64,000 nt of DNA from sequence record MH550421, one strand, 5' to 3'. Shown here in pieces: positions 1 through 10,688 of the stretch. Source of the stretch: Enterobacteria phage T6. Each line of letters begins with the position of its first letter. Position 1 is the stretch's first letter. The notes under the pieces were generated by a model. The model ran no database searches. It saw nothing but the letters and a program-made list of their open reading frames with translations, and was not told the DNA's origin. The position numbers and the translations under genes are program-made.

Positions 1-2178
1 TTAGGCCGCAAGGGCCTTCATAGTTTTAGCGATTTGGGAAACTTCATCATCACTTAAAGAGTTGCGATAACCGATGAAGTCGGAAACAATACGGAATTTC
101 TTGGTAAACTCAGCAACCATTTTATCACTGTTTTTTGAAGCATTATTTGATAATACATCAAAAAGATTAGTTACTGTCCAGATGTCATGACCGATGGTAT
201 CTTTTCCACCATTAAAATATACACCCTGTAATGAACTAACCATATTAGCAAGTCGTGTATATTCTTCAGAAACTTCATCTACACTGAAGTACTTCATCAT
301 AAAATCTAACTCAGGATACTTGATAATTTTATCAATATATCGTTTAGCTGAACTTGAATAACCTACATACTTATCATAATCTACATCATCAAAAGCATCT
401 ACATATAAATCACGCAAAGCTTCAAAAATACATTGGCACTGACCGAGTTCTTTTACCTTTTTCTGCAAAAGCGGACGAATAACATAAAATTCATTAATGC
501 CAATAAGATTAGCCATACGAATCAAAATATTCATAGATGGATGACAAAGAGATGTAGTACCATCCATAGAGAAAATATCAGAACGATGCATATACGCTAC
601 ATAACCAGTAATTTCATCTGCTTCTGATGTGAGCGTAAATAGTTCCTCTTTTTCCCATCGCCCATCTTTAATTTCAAACTTAAATGCTGTAGCAGCTTTA
701 GGACGAGGAGCTTTACTTTTAACTACCTTTGGAATATAGCTTTTAACTAAAGCTTCAATTTCTGACAAATAATGAATGTTAACTTCATCACTTTCAAACA
801 TCGCCATAATATCAGGAAGCAAATCAATCTGCGATTCTACTTCTGGATTAATAAACAGAAGGCGTTCGTTGTGATGAATATTCAAAGTGTTATTAAATTC
901 ACTATCATCTAACGCATGTGCTAATCCACGGACAATATTAACACGATTTTTAATATTATCAATAACGATATTAATTTTTGTTGTATTAATACCAAACAGA
1001 CGATAACTTGATGCAACGGCTGAAGTTTCATGACTTTGCTTAATGCGCTTCAGTCGAGGGTCAAGATTTACTTCATACACAACTCCTGCATTGCATAACT
1101 TACTGTCAGGTTCAAACATGCTCTGCATCTTTTTATATGACAGATTTTTAGTCGTGAATTTTACTGAATTGCTAATCATATAATCTCGAGCAGAATACCC
1201 CATCTTCATCAATTCACGATATGTGTGACGAGGAGATGTAGATTCTTTAAATCGTTTTACATCTTCATTAAATGCTTTCTCACTAAGTTCTTTAACTCGT
1301 TCAATAATATTTTTACGAGTACGATCATCCAGTGAAAGAGCCTCACGAGATGGAGCAATATCAAGTGAACCCATTGGAAACTTAATATAATTCACTTCAT
1401 TGCGAATGCTTAGCCAGTTACGGTCTCTAATAACACCATCGATAGGATAAACAATACCGCCATAGATAGCATATAATCCACCACGATCAGGCCAGTATCT
1501 TTCTGGATTTACACCATAATAGTCATCAAAATCCGGAAAATAATCAATTTCGCGGTCAAGACCATTAATGATAGCCAAATCTTTGAACGGTCGCATGATA
1601 TAAGAAACTTCATAAGCAAAGTTTCTAAAGTCTTTTTCTTCAACTGGAACTACGATTTCAATACCAGTTTTATCATCTGGACCCATTTCTTTTACGAATG
1701 TAGGTTTAATCTGTGGACCATCACCATCCATGTAAGCTACATAACCACGAATTTCACCTTTATGATATGAAGTAATACTAAACGTATCAGTATAACTAAA
1801 CGGAGATTTAGAACCTAAACCAAATCCGCCAATGAAATCGTTAGATTCAGCCTTAGATGAACTGAAGTATGAATTATACAGACCAGGAGAATTATCATCA
1901 CCCTGAATATCAAAATCACTCATACCCGGACCAAAATCTCGGCAAACAAATCGCGGGTCTAATCGTCCAGGAACTTGTATGATAAATTTTTCAGGATTTC
2001 CATTGAGAGCATGAGCATCAATCATATTAGTAATCAATTCACGAACTACTGCGCGAATCTTGTTTGTATACAAGTCAGATGACAGAATTTTAAATACTTT
2101 AGGAGATGCTGTGATGCTAAATGCTTTTGATTTAGAACCATTACCAAGAATTGTTTCTTTTTCAGTGGTGATAATCAT
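1..2178 (-). CDS. rIIA: rIIA protein (membrane-associated, 725 aa)
   Basis: 725-aa ORF, size matches T4 rIIA; sits beside topo II gene; stop codon at window position 1-3. Confidence 0.8.
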   Translation of the reverse strand: MIITTEKETILGNGSKSKAFSITASPKVFKILSSDLYTNKIRAVVRELITNMIDAHALNGNPEKFIIQVPGRLDPRFVCRDFGPGMSDFDIQGDDNSPGLYNSYFSSSKAESNDFIGGFGLGSKSPFSYTDTFSITSYHKGEIRGYVAYMDGDGPQIKPTFVKEMGPDDKTGIEIVVPVEEKDFRNFAYEVSYIMRPFKDLAIINGLDREIDYFPDFDDYYGVNPERYWPDRGGLYAIYGGIVYPIDGVIRDRNWLSIRNEVNYIKFPMGSLDIAPSREALSLDDRTRKNIIERVKELSEKAFNEDVKRFKESTSPRHTYRELMKMGYSARDYMISNSVKFTTKNLSYKKMQSMFEPDSKLCNAGVVYEVNLDPRLKRIKQSHETSAVASSYRLFGINTTKINIVIDNIKNRVNIVRGLAHALDDSEFNNTLNIHHNERLLFINPEVESQIDLLPDIMAMFESDEVNIHYLSEIEALVKSYIPKVVKSKAPRPKAATAFKFEIKDGRWEKEELFTLTSEADEITGYVAYMHRSDIFSMDGTTSLCHPSMNILIRMANLIGINEFYVIRPLLQKKVKELGQCQCIFEALRDLYVDAFDDVDYDKYVGYSSSAKRYIDKIIKYPELDFMMKYFSVDEVSEEYTRLANMVSSLQGVYFNGGKDTIGHDIWTVTNLFDVLSNNASKNSDKMVAEFTKKFRIVSDFIGYRNSLSDDEVSQIAKTMKALAA

Positions 2179-2188
2179 AATTTCCTCA

Positions 2189-2392
2189 TTAATTCATATT
2201 ACGTTTAATAACTTCGGCAACTTCTAGTAGTTCATCTTTAGTTGCGGTGTCGGATTGAATTTTATCTCTAATATCCTTAAAGCGGTTTTTAAATTCTTCG
2301 GCTTCTCCCATATCGAAAAAGCGTTGAATGATTCTATATTCTCGATGAACTGCTTTATCAAAAAGTTCTAAATTTACTTTATATGATTTCAT
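2189..2392 (-). CDS. hypothetical protein (rIIA.1 position), 67 aa
   Basis: small ORF directly upstream of rIIA, preceded by early promoter. Confidence 0.5.
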   Translation of the reverse strand: MKSYKVNLELFDKAVHREYRIIQRFFDMGEAEEFKNRFKDIRDKIQSDTATKDELLEVAEVIKRNMN

Positions 2393-2417
2393 TTCAATAT
2401 CCTCATTTGCCCAATTA

Positions 2418-2447
2418 ATTATACCACATCCTTGTGGTAAAGTAAAC
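2418..2447 (-). promoter_or_regulatory. sigma70-type early promoter (GTTTAC-N18-TATAAT)
   Basis: minus-strand GTTTAC at 2442-2447 and TATAAT at 2418-2423 with extended TGG; same motif recurs across the window. Confidence 0.7.
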
Positions 2448-4264
2448 TACTGGCTCATCCATTCTTTACGAAGGTCAGCATTATCTCCCATGAGCATTTC
2501 AAAAAGCTCTTTCCAGTTCTCAGGAAGTTTAACAACATCATATACTGGATTTTGAATCATCTCACGATATTCAGATTTTTCCAAAGAGCCAAGTCCTTTA
2601 ATATAACGGATGCTATGTTTAGGTAGAGCATCTTTGGCACTCTCATATTCAGCGACTGTATAAAACCATTCTTGTTTTTTACCGACATGAGCGATGATTA
2701 CAGGAGTTTTGACAAAGCGAATTCGTCCTTGCTCAAACAATTCTGGCCAATTACTAAAAAATCCAAGCAGAGAAGGATAAATGCTTCCTAGACCATCATG
2801 GTCAGCATCAGTCATAATAGCGATATTGTGATAATTCAAGTTTTCAGCTTTTTCACCGAGAACTAATCCAGTGATTGCGCAAATATCAAATAGTTCTTTG
2901 TTTTTAAGCATATCTGCATAAGACATACCCCAACTGTTGAGAACTTTACCACGCAATGGATAACCACCGTGAAGTTCTTTATCACGAACATCAATAAGAT
3001 ATCCGATAGCCGAATCACCCTCAGTCAAGAAAAGAGTAGTGTCAGCATCTTTACCACAAAGATTCGCTTTGATATGTTTATGAACCTTAGCTTTAGAAGC
3101 TTTTTTAGCTGCTTTAGTTTCTGCTGCTTTTTCTGCCGCCAATTTACGAGCCAACGCAGCTTCAATAATCGGCATCAAAATCGCTTCATTGTTTAAAATA
3201 GCGCGTGAAATCTTTTTAGCATCAAGCTGAATATGACTACGGATTTCGCCAAATGGAGAAGTCAAACGCTCTTTAGTTTGAGAATCAAATCGCATGTTTT
3301 TCATATCACGAACAAACATAACGATAGTCAAACATTCTTTAACGCGTGCTTTAGTCACATCAATTTTGAACTTACGTTTGATTTGTGGAATAAGGTCTTC
3401 ACAAATATCATCCATAACACAGTCAATGTGATGGCCACCATTCTTAGTGTGAATGTTATTCACATAAGTTAATTGACGAAAACCATCCGGTGAACGACCA
3501 ACCGCAATAGAACAATTTTCTTGTTCTTGAACAATAGCATGCTCATCATATTGGCGTGCATATTTCTTAAAATTGCCTTGAACCTTTTTACCATTAAAGG
3601 TAAATTGAATATCGGGATAAACTACTGCAAGTGTCTGGAGACGATCTAGTGTAATGTCAAGATAAACTTGGGACAGCTCATTAGTTTCAAATGACATAAA
3701 ATCAGGAATGAAAGTAACACGAGTTCCTTTCCATTTTCCAGGAATAGTTTCCCATGATTTATTTTCCATGCCATTTGAACAACGAACTACAATATTATTT
3801 TGACCATCACCAGTTTCACCGACAAACATCACAGAAAAAATGTTTGTTAAACTAGAACCAACACCATTCATACCGCCAGTGACACGTTCTTTATCATCAC
3901 CAAAGTTACCACCTGCTTTTGGAATAGTCCATGCAGCAACAGGACCAGGAATTTCTTCACCGGTAGGTGTTTTAACCATCGCCTGCGGAATACCACGACC
4001 GTTATCTTCAACTGTTACTTGATTGTTTTTAATAGTAACATTAATTTTATTTGCGAATTTAAACTTAGTACGAATACCTTCATCTACTGAGTTATCGATA
4101 ATTTCATCAATAAGCTTAACAAGACCAGGTACATACTGAACACTTTCCCATTTACCAAACAGAAAGCGCTCATGCATTTCATTAGCTGAAGAGCCAATGT
4201 ACATGCCACTACGCTTTTTGATATGTTCAATATCGCTCAGAATTTTAATTTCATTCTTAATCAT
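2447..4264 (-). CDS. 39: DNA topoisomerase II large subunit gp39 (GyrB-like ATPase plus toprim), fused 39+60 form
   Basis: GHKL N-box IDNSVDEG, toprim EGDSA and DxD (TDADHDG) motifs; single ~605-aa ORF; ATG at 4264, track start 4267 looks like GTG. Confidence 0.9.
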   Translation of the reverse strand: MIKNEIKILSDIEHIKKRSGMYIGSSANEMHERFLFGKWESVQYVPGLVKLIDEIIDNSVDEGIRTKFKFANKINVTIKNNQVTVEDNGRGIPQAMVKTPTGEEIPGPVAAWTIPKAGGNFGDDKERVTGGMNGVGSSLTNIFSVMFVGETGDGQNNIVVRCSNGMENKSWETIPGKWKGTRVTFIPDFMSFETNELSQVYLDITLDRLQTLAVVYPDIQFTFNGKKVQGNFKKYARQYDEHAIVQEQENCSIAVGRSPDGFRQLTYVNNIHTKNGGHHIDCVMDDICEDLIPQIKRKFKIDVTKARVKECLTIVMFVRDMKNMRFDSQTKERLTSPFGEIRSHIQLDAKKISRAILNNEAILMPIIEAALARKLAAEKAAETKAAKKASKAKVHKHIKANLCGKDADTTLFLTEGDSAIGYLIDVRDKELHGGYPLRGKVLNSWGMSYADMLKNKELFDICAITGLVLGEKAENLNYHNIAIMTDADHDGLGSIYPSLLGFFSNWPELFEQGRIRFVKTPVIIAHVGKKQEWFYTVAEYESAKDALPKHSIRYIKGLGSLEKSEYREMIQNPVYDVVKLPENWKELFEMLMGDNADLRKEWMSQ

Positions 4265-4316
4265 CACTTATCCTCGTTTGGTTTCAGGAATATTATACTC
4301 CGGTAATCATAAAGCT

Positions 4317-4338
4317 AAAGGCCCGAAGGCCTTTTATT
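4317..4338 (-). terminator. hairpin terminator (GC stem, tetraloop)
   Basis: aaaggcc-cgaa-ggccttt palindrome right after stop of lipoprotein ORF. Confidence 0.6.
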
Positions 4339-4603
4339 TAAAACGAATAGTCGAATCCTTGAAGAATAGACTAGAACACACTGTTCCTTCTACTTTCTGC
4401 CCGGTAGGTCCAATAGCACGAAATCCAGTATGCTGGAAATCATTTTCAGAGCAACCGAACCAATTATATCCAGTGATTTCAATATTAGTAAAACCGCTTG
4501 AAGACAAAACTTTGGTTGCGTTATCAGCATCAGTACATCCTACTAAAGACACTGCTAATACTAATGCTGCGATAGAACGATTAATATATTTCATAATTTT
4601 CAC
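4334..4603 (-). CDS. predicted lipoprotein, 89 aa
   Basis: N-terminal signal with lipobox LVGC. Confidence 0.5.
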   Translation of the reverse strand: MKIMKYINRSIAALVLAVSLVGCTDADNATKVLSSSGFTNIEITGYNWFGCSENDFQHTGFRAIGPTGQKVEGTVCSSLFFKDSTIRFK

Positions 4604-4971
4604 TTAAATTTAATGGCTTGAAGGAGACTAATAACTCTCAAGCGACTTCTTTCATCTTTAACTGTAAAAGAAAGAGGGTCACCAGATTTCATAGTGATAG
4701 TGCATTCAAAATCAAAATCTTCTGTAACTTCTTCGAAGAAGTCAAATTCTTCGTCATAAATTAGAACATTACTCTGATGACTGTGAAGAATTTTTCCGTC
4801 ATTTCCAGATGCTGTACTAATCATTGTAACATTATGACCTTTCATATCTTCAACGATAAATTCGCTTGTAGATATTACATTACTAATAGAACCATTCCTA
4901 TAAATAGCAGAAAATAGATATTTCTTTTCTTCACCTTCGCGAATGCGATATTTCTTACCAATTTTAAACAT
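4600..4971 (-). CDS. hypothetical protein, 123 aa
   Basis: ORF in operon context; start overlaps next gene stop. Confidence 0.45.
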   Translation of the reverse strand: MFKIGKKYRIREGEEKKYLFSAIYRNGSISNVISTSEFIVEDMKGHNVTMISTASGNDGKILHSHQSNVLIYDEEFDFFEEVTEDFDFECTITMKSGDPLSFTVKDERSRLRVISLLQAIKFK

Positions 4972-5152
4972 AATTACCCTTTAAGTAAGTCGTAAAATCC
5001 ACCATTCACATGCTTAGGAGCGGAAACTAACCGAATAGCAATCCGATGACAATCAGGACATACATCAGTATCCCTTTCAGAAATTTTCTTGATTTTTTCA
5101 TATTCTTTTGCGCAGTCTTTGGATTGACATTTATAATCATAAAGCGGCATAA

Positions 5153-5566
5153 TTATTCCTTAAAGTGAGCTTTCAACATCTGATACAAAGACCATGCCTG
5201 TTCATTATTTTCAATAGTAACTTTCATGATCGGGAATTCAGATGGTTCAGTTACTGGTGCAGGGTCTTCCTGCTCTTCAGCAGCCTGATATGGATTTTCC
5301 ACTTCATTAAAGAACTCGGCTTCGTTGCTAGAAAGCCAGATAAAGTTTTCGTCAATGACTGTACCTCGTGATGAATATCCAACTATGCCAGTAGATGTCA
5401 CAATTTTAGTAGGACGCCCGTAATAGTCAACATCTAAAATTTTAAAAGGTTCCATACCTAAACGCCGCGCATAGATTCCGTTATCAGTATGGTCTTTAAT
5501 AAAAGATTCTTGAGCTTGTTTATTTTTGAATTGATACCATTTATTAACTTCAAATTTAATAGCCAT
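5153..5566 (-). CDS. hypothetical acidic protein, 137 aa (goF position)
   Basis: ORF at the position between gene 39 and motB; identity not verifiable. Confidence 0.45.
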   Translation of the reverse strand: MAIKFEVNKWYQFKNKQAQESFIKDHTDNGIYARRLGMEPFKILDVDYYGRPTKIVTSTGIVGYSSRGTVIDENFIWLSSNEAEFFNEVENPYQAAEEQEDPAPVTEPSEFPIMKVTIENNEQAWSLYQMLKAHFKE

Positions 5567-5784
5567 TAATAAATTTCCTTCCAGTAAGTTGTGCCATCTT
5601 CAGTAATTTCACGAAATACACCGTAAATTGGCTGTTTATCACCGACTTTCTCATACACATAAACCGAAGTCAAGTGAGTAAACTTGATGGTGTGTTCCTT
5701 TTGAACTACTACCAAATCTGGATCGAATAATACATCTTCAAATTCATCATTAGTGCAATTCTGAACAATTTTACGTTTCATCAT
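5566..5784 (-). CDS. hypothetical protein, 72 aa (cef position)
   Basis: small ORF whose stop overlaps the start of the next gene. Confidence 0.4.
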   Translation of the reverse strand: MMKRKIVQNCTNDEFEDVLFDPDLVVVQKEHTIKFTHLTSVYVYEKVGDKQPIYGVFREITEDGTTYWKEIY

Positions 5785-5880
5785 AATTTCCTCATTAATT
5801 GAACATTGGAGCGATGCGTTTCAGAAGAGTATCAGCACCTTTAACGAATTATCCATTTTATTCTTCAAGTTGTTTTCTGT

Positions 5881-5923
5881 ATCAGTAGTTGATATTGATA
5901 TAGTACCATAATCAACTACTGAT
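5881..5923. repeat. 13-bp perfect inverted repeat flanking a promoter-like -10 element
   Basis: atcagtagttgat ... atcaactactgat separated by 17 nt that contain rc TACTAT. Confidence 0.6.
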
Positions 5924-5953
5924 GTATATAGTTTTATGAAAAAATTTTAAACT

Positions 5954-6445
5954 TTATGCATAGCGAGCTTTGCTGTAGTGTTTAATCCAACTTTCAGGAA
6001 TGACTTTGTATGTTCCTAAAAATACCGCGTTGTATAACTTAACGCCATCTTCTACCCATTGATCAGTAATGTATGCACACATAGCGCGAGTACGCCGAGG
6101 AAGTGGTTGTCCACCTTCGGTAAATTCAAACTCATAAGGAGCAATGAACTTGATAGCTTGACCAAGTTTCCACTTAAAGTCTACACCTACATGCGAAGTA
6201 TCAATCGTTTCAATTCCTTTAGCGGGAACAGCTTTCAAAAACGCAGGCTCAAGAAATTTCGCACGAACATAGCCAAACTGAGGTTTAGACTTTCCATCTT
6301 TAGGAATGATACGAACTTTTATTTCAGAATCTTCATCTTTAACACCGTGTTTAAGCTGAATGCTTACAACTTCGACCAATTTTCCTGCTGCTTTAGAACG
6401 GGATTTATCAGATACACGAGCAATTTCGCCGATATTAATATTCAT
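5954..6445 (-). CDS. motB: MotB-like protein, 163 aa
   Basis: size and position match T4 motB; C-terminal region paralogous to the next ORF. Confidence 0.45.
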   Translation of the reverse strand: MNINIGEIARVSDKSRSKAAGKLVEVVSIQLKHGVKDEDSEIKVRIIPKDGKSKPQFGYVRAKFLEPAFLKAVPAKGIETIDTSHVGVDFKWKLGQAIKFIAPYEFEFTEGGQPLPRRTRAMCAYITDQWVEDGVKLYNAVFLGTYKVIPESWIKHYSKARYA

Positions 6446-6489
6446 AATTATCTCTCACTTGTTAAAAAGATTTTATACTCCACAGGACC

Positions 6490-6519
6490 ATTATACTCTG
6501 GTCCCAAGAGTTTGTAAAC
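6490..6519 (-). promoter_or_regulatory. sigma70-type early promoter
   Basis: rc GTTTAC (6514-6519), 18-nt spacer, TATAAT (6490-6495). Confidence 0.65.
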
Positions 6520-6521
6520 TA

Positions 6522-7064
6522 TTAATTCAAAATAGCTACCACTGCACTACGAGGTACTACGCTAAAATCACCTGCATGAACAACGTTCAGAAGTTCAACA
6601 CCATCTTCAATCCACTGGTCTGTTACCCAACCACAGACCGAAATAAATGGGGTCTTGATAGCTACAGCACAAGTCAAAAGGTCAGTAGGATCGCATTCTT
6701 GGAAGAGGATAAGCTCTGCTTCAAAGACTATAGTTTTAATTACTTCATCATTATCTAAGCGATGTGCTCGAATCACGTAAGCTTTATTCTTATCATACCA
6801 GTTACTTTTTGAAAAACTTTTAACCACAAACTCGCCTTCACCAAAAACACTGGTCAATGCTTTATAACCCAAATTTAGTTCAGTAGTTTTAATTTCAGTT
6901 TCAACCAGTTTGTAGGTTTTGCCAGTTTCGATGGTCCGAGCAGTCATAAATGTTTCCTTAATTTCTAATGGTTTAACAAGAGTGCCGTACATGCTTGCTA
7001 TATCCATATCAAACGGTTTATCTACAGGATTCGGTGTGTATTCAGGATTATAATTAAATTTCAT
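6522..7064 (-). CDS. MotB paralog, 180 aa
   Basis: C-terminal motif TDQWIEDGVELLNVVHAGDFSVVP matches ITDQWVEDGVKLYNAVFLGTYKVIP of the 163-aa ORF. Confidence 0.5.
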   Translation of the reverse strand: MKFNYNPEYTPNPVDKPFDMDIASMYGTLVKPLEIKETFMTARTIETGKTYKLVETEIKTTELNLGYKALTSVFGEGEFVVKSFSKSNWYDKNKAYVIRAHRLDNDEVIKTIVFEAELILFQECDPTDLLTCAVAIKTPFISVCGWVTDQWIEDGVELLNVVHAGDFSVVPRSAVVAILN

Positions 7065-7066
7065 AA

Positions 7067-7579
7067 TTATCTCATTTCAATAAAATCTACAAGTTCAGCA
7101 TGGGATTTACGGAACATTACTTGGTGTCCGCCAATAATAACTTGATCATCTGGCACTTCATAAATCGCAATGTACATTCCACGATCTTTTAAGTCTTCAC
7201 GCTCTTCTCGGGTGAACCATCTCATCATATCATATTCACTAGCGAAAGCAAAATGATATAATGCAATAAGCCACAATGGAATATAATTTTCAAATTGTGA
7301 GTAATCTTTATTCCATTTAGTTTTAATAGCATCATTAGCATTTTCAACTAATAACTTATCATCATGCGGAATAGGAATACTTTCATGACTTTCATAATTA
7401 TCGCTATGATGATGAAATGATGATGAATTAATACCGCAAAATTTTAGCCAAGTTCGAGTTTTCATAGAATCAAATCCACGATAAGGAGTTGATTGAACGC
7501 ATAACTCTTGCCTAATTTTCATTATACCACTATCATCATTTAATGCACTAAACGATGATTCAACACGATAAATTTTCAT
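7067..7579 (-). CDS. hypothetical protein, ~170 aa
   Basis: ORF; start trimmed to ATG at 7579 with GAGGA SD because the longer N-terminus is translated promoter sequence. Confidence 0.45.
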   Translation of the reverse strand: MKIYRVESSFSALNDDSGIMKIRQELCVQSTPYRGFDSMKTRTWLKFCGINSSSFHHHSDNYESHESIPIPHDDKLLVENANDAIKTKWNKDYSQFENYIPLWLIALYHFAFASEYDMMRWFTREEREDLKDRGMYIAIYEVPDDQVIIGGHQVMFRKSHAELVDFIEMR

Positions 7580-7642
7580 TTTATTATCCTCAGTAGCTAT
7601 GGTGTTATAATACCACAACTAACCGAGGAAGTAAATAACTTT

Positions 7643-8326
7643 TTATCGTTTTGTCGGAAGAGATAGAGGATCGCATTCTTCCTCTGATGGAGCATCTTCA
7701 AGACCCATAGCGTATCGCAAAGCATACTTCATCATCAGAATATCTTTCGCACAGTCATGAATAGAATCATGGGCAACGAATCCATCTAAAGTTCCTTTTG
7801 GAAGAGGACATATGGTCATATCACGAACAAGCAGAAGTGCTTCAATTCTGGTACGAATATCACGCTGATTCCAGAATTTGCATGGTTCTAACTTAAATGT
7901 GTCAAGCTCATTCTCGGAAACGCCGTTAAGACGTTGAATATCACGAATGAGATCGACTAAAATTGGAAAATCAAACGACATTCCACGACACCAGCCTTGA
8001 GATTTCCAAGGATCGATATTATGTGCATTGATGTAATCATTAAATTTTGCAATACCGTCGATAGTGCTTACATCTTCATCGGATGGTGCAATATTTTTTC
8101 GAGCTTCAGGGGATTGATTCTTCCACCATTCGATAGTGCTTTTAGTAAAAAGACGGTGTCCTTTTTGGCTTTTTAAATCAAATTTGATTTTAATGCCACG
8201 TGAAACTAATTCATCAAACGTTTCAACTACTTCTGGGTTAGGGTCAAAAGCAATTACAGCTAAATCAATAACAGCTGCTTTTTCACCACTTCCCATTGTT
8301 TCAAAATCTATAATAAAATCAAACAT
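7643..8326 (-). CDS. dexA: exonuclease A (DnaQ-like 3-5 exonuclease)
   Basis: 227 aa; N-terminal DFET exo motif; position between motB and dda. Confidence 0.8.
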   Translation of the reverse strand: MFDFIIDFETMGSGEKAAVIDLAVIAFDPNPEVVETFDELVSRGIKIKFDLKSQKGHRLFTKSTIEWWKNQSPEARKNIAPSDEDVSTIDGIAKFNDYINAHNIDPWKSQGWCRGMSFDFPILVDLIRDIQRLNGVSENELDTFKLEPCKFWNQRDIRTRIEALLLVRDMTICPLPKGTLDGFVAHDSIHDCAKDILMMKYALRYAMGLEDAPSEEECDPLSLPTKR

Positions 8327-8583
8327 TAAATTTTCCTCGCTAAATCACGAATTTGACCTACAGTATAGTCTTGAATATAAACTTTATTAATAGGCTCATC
8401 AATAAATTTTGCCATAGATTCAATGTCTTTTTGTATCTCTTCAAGACTGTATACTATCTTTGAAGCTTTTTCGCGAATAGTAATATTTTCAGGACCCGGA
8501 TTTTCTTCAATGACAGCTTTAACATTTGTCATAAGAGATTTAAACTGATACCAACTCAATTCAATCATTAATAATCGCCTCAT
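8326..8583 (-). CDS. hypothetical protein, 85 aa (paralog pair member)
   Basis: shares LEEIQKDI / DYTVGQIR motifs with the adjacent 86-aa ORF. Confidence 0.45.
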   Translation of the reverse strand: MRRLLMIELSWYQFKSLMTNVKAVIEENPGPENITIREKASKIVYSLEEIQKDIESMAKFIDEPINKVYIQDYTVGQIRDLARKI

Positions 8584-8821
8584 AAAGATATCTAATTTCG
8601 CCTAAAATGTAATCACTGATTGTAACAGTTTTTACTTCACCACAAAAGAATTCTAACGCAATTAAATCCCGTTCAATTTCTTCTAATTGAAGCATCAACT
8701 TGCTAGATTCAATTTTTACAGTTTCACGATTTTTGCTATAAGCTATTTCATAAATTTCGCTTACTTTATCTTGAAGAAGATAAAACTGATCTTTAGTTAT
8801 TTCCACGAATAGCTTCCTCAA
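8561..8821 (-). CDS. hypothetical protein, 86 aa (paralog pair member)
   Basis: LEEIERDL / DYILGEIR motifs parallel to the 85-aa neighbour. Confidence 0.45.
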   Translation of the reverse strand: MRKLFVEITKDQFYLLQDKVSEIYEIAYSKNRETVKIESSKLMLQLEEIERDLIALEFFCGEVKTVTISDYILGEIRYLYEAIIND

Positions 8822-9053
8822 ATTTAATCAATAATTTACAGACGCTTTCATCTAATGTAATTACCGTATCTGTATTACTATGATATGATTGTTTTTCAAT
8901 TCGTTTAATTGCTAATATAGTATCACTTATAAGATAAAGCTTATGAAGGAGCTCAGCTCCTGTTACCATAACATTAAGATTATCTTGCTTATTAGTATGC
9001 TTCCTTATACCATCTATTAGACGATTTAAATATTTTGAATTGATGTTAATCAT
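8793..9053 (-). CDS. hypothetical protein, 86 aa
   Basis: ORF in dda operon. Confidence 0.4.
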   Translation of the reverse strand: MININSKYLNRLIDGIRKHTNKQDNLNVMVTGAELLHKLYLISDTILAIKRIEKQSYHSNTDTVITLDESVCKLLIKFEEAIRGNN

Positions 9054-9059
9054 ATATCC

Positions 9060-10379
9060 TCACACATAAAATACATCATAACGACCACGAGTAACACCAA
9101 CATAAAGAAGTTGTTGAGCCAATTCAGCATCTGCATAATGAATACAAGGCGTATAAATGAAAGCACGGTCTACAGACATGCCCTGTGCTTTATGGAATGT
9201 TGATGCAGGAAGTGCTTTCACTTTACTAAACTGTGATTTAGCATCCCAAAAATCACTCCATGGAGCTTTTCCGCCTTTGTTCCAATTTTTATAAGTTTCT
9301 GCCGTTTTACCTAAAAATAGGTTAAACTTATACAGTTCTTCATCAGATGAAATTATTTTAATCTTTTCACGATAATATTCATCATCGCCATAAGTTTCTA
9401 CTGTTAAATCCCAGTGACGAATTAGATATTCTCCAGGAACACCACGAGCTTTAACAAACGTCGATGTATACTCTGCTTCTATAATACGAACTAATTGCCC
9501 GTTATTAAAAATAATTTCTGACACAGGCTTTCCATCAATTTTATATGTTTTAATTAATGGTTCCTGCATTACAATAATTTCACCGACAATAAAATCTTTA
9601 TCAGTTTCAAAAATCTTTTTACGAATAATGCTATTTAACTTGTCAACAGATTTATTCGTAAATGCCATTACGCGATTTTCAAACAAATCATCTAGTGATT
9701 TTACGATTGAAAAATAATTTACCATAAAATCTCGTAAAGCGGTACCACCAGTAAATCCACGTACTCCATGCCCGTCAACAATTTTATCATAAATCCACTT
9801 ACCGTTACGAACATCAGTAGCTACATCAATAATAGGAGCATTACTGCGTTTAACTTCAGTGAGTTCACACTGATAAAAATCTTTATGCGTAAAGAATGGA
9901 CTGATATAAGCAGTATTTTCTCCTGGGTCAACAGGTCTAATTTGCTTATTATCACCTATTCCAATTATAGTACACCACGGCGGGATAGTTGAAAGCAGAA
10001 TTTTAAATAGCTTTCTATCATACATTGACACTTCGTCGCAGATTAATACCCTGCATTTAGCTAAATCTGGTACTTCCTTCTGTTCAAAAAGAACATTTTC
10101 TTCATATGTTACTGGGTTAATTTTAAGAATACTATGAATAGTACTTGCTTCTTTCCCTGATAGTTTTGAAAGAATCTTTTTAGCTGCATGCGTAGGAGCT
10201 GCTAAAATAATACCAGTTTCACCTGTAGATATTAGGGCTTCAATAATGAACTTAGTAAGAGTAGTCTTACCGGTACCAGCAGGTCCATTAATAGTTACAT
10301 GATGTTTCTTTTCTTTAATAGCCCTCATAACAATGTTAAAGGCATTTTTCTGGCCTTCGGTCAAATCATCAAATGTCAT
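9060..10379 (-). CDS. dda: Dda DNA helicase (SF1B)
   Basis: 439 aa; Walker A GPAGTGKT; size identical to T4 Dda. Confidence 0.9.
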   Translation of the reverse strand: MTFDDLTEGQKNAFNIVMRAIKEKKHHVTINGPAGTGKTTLTKFIIEALISTGETGIILAAPTHAAKKILSKLSGKEASTIHSILKINPVTYEENVLFEQKEVPDLAKCRVLICDEVSMYDRKLFKILLSTIPPWCTIIGIGDNKQIRPVDPGENTAYISPFFTHKDFYQCELTEVKRSNAPIIDVATDVRNGKWIYDKIVDGHGVRGFTGGTALRDFMVNYFSIVKSLDDLFENRVMAFTNKSVDKLNSIIRKKIFETDKDFIVGEIIVMQEPLIKTYKIDGKPVSEIIFNNGQLVRIIEAEYTSTFVKARGVPGEYLIRHWDLTVETYGDDEYYREKIKIISSDEELYKFNLFLGKTAETYKNWNKGGKAPWSDFWDAKSQFSKVKALPASTFHKAQGMSVDRAFIYTPCIHYADAELAQQLLYVGVTRGRYDVFYV

Positions 10380-10687
10380 CGTAAATTCCCTGCAATTGGT
10401 ATACTAACAATACGCCCAGTATCTAAAATTCGCTGATATAATCTTTGTGTGTCTACATCAGGCTTAACATGTTTAACTTCTATTTTATTAAACCAAAACT
10501 TGCGCGGAGTCTCAACTAATCTCGGAATTCCCATACCTAAAGCTAGTCGATACTGCTCTTTAAGAGTAGTAAATACTTTATCAGCGATCTCCCTTTCAAA
10601 AAATACAGCAGGACGATGTTCATCAAGTGGAACTGGCGCCGTAAATCCGTCTTTGTCTCGGTAAACTATCGCGTATACATAAACCAT
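10376..10687 (-). CDS. hypothetical protein, 103 aa
   Basis: ORF overlapping dda start. Confidence 0.45.
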   Translation of the reverse strand: MVYVYAIVYRDKDGFTAPVPLDEHRPAVFFEREIADKVFTTLKEQYRLALGMGIPRLVETPRKFWFNKIEVKHVKPDVDTQRLYQRILDTGRIVSIPIAGNLR

Positions 10688-10688
10688 A

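Noticed and set aside
433-627. Plus-strand ORFs embedded in minus-strand genes (for example 433-627, 2969-3196, 3233-3472, 3840-4022, 25465-25809, 29421-29837)
   Set aside because: They lie entirely inside well-supported minus-strand genes (rIIA, gp39, gp43, gp45), have low-complexity Phe/Ile-rich translations typical of antisense AT-rich DNA, and lack promoter or RBS context; treated as shadow ORFs.
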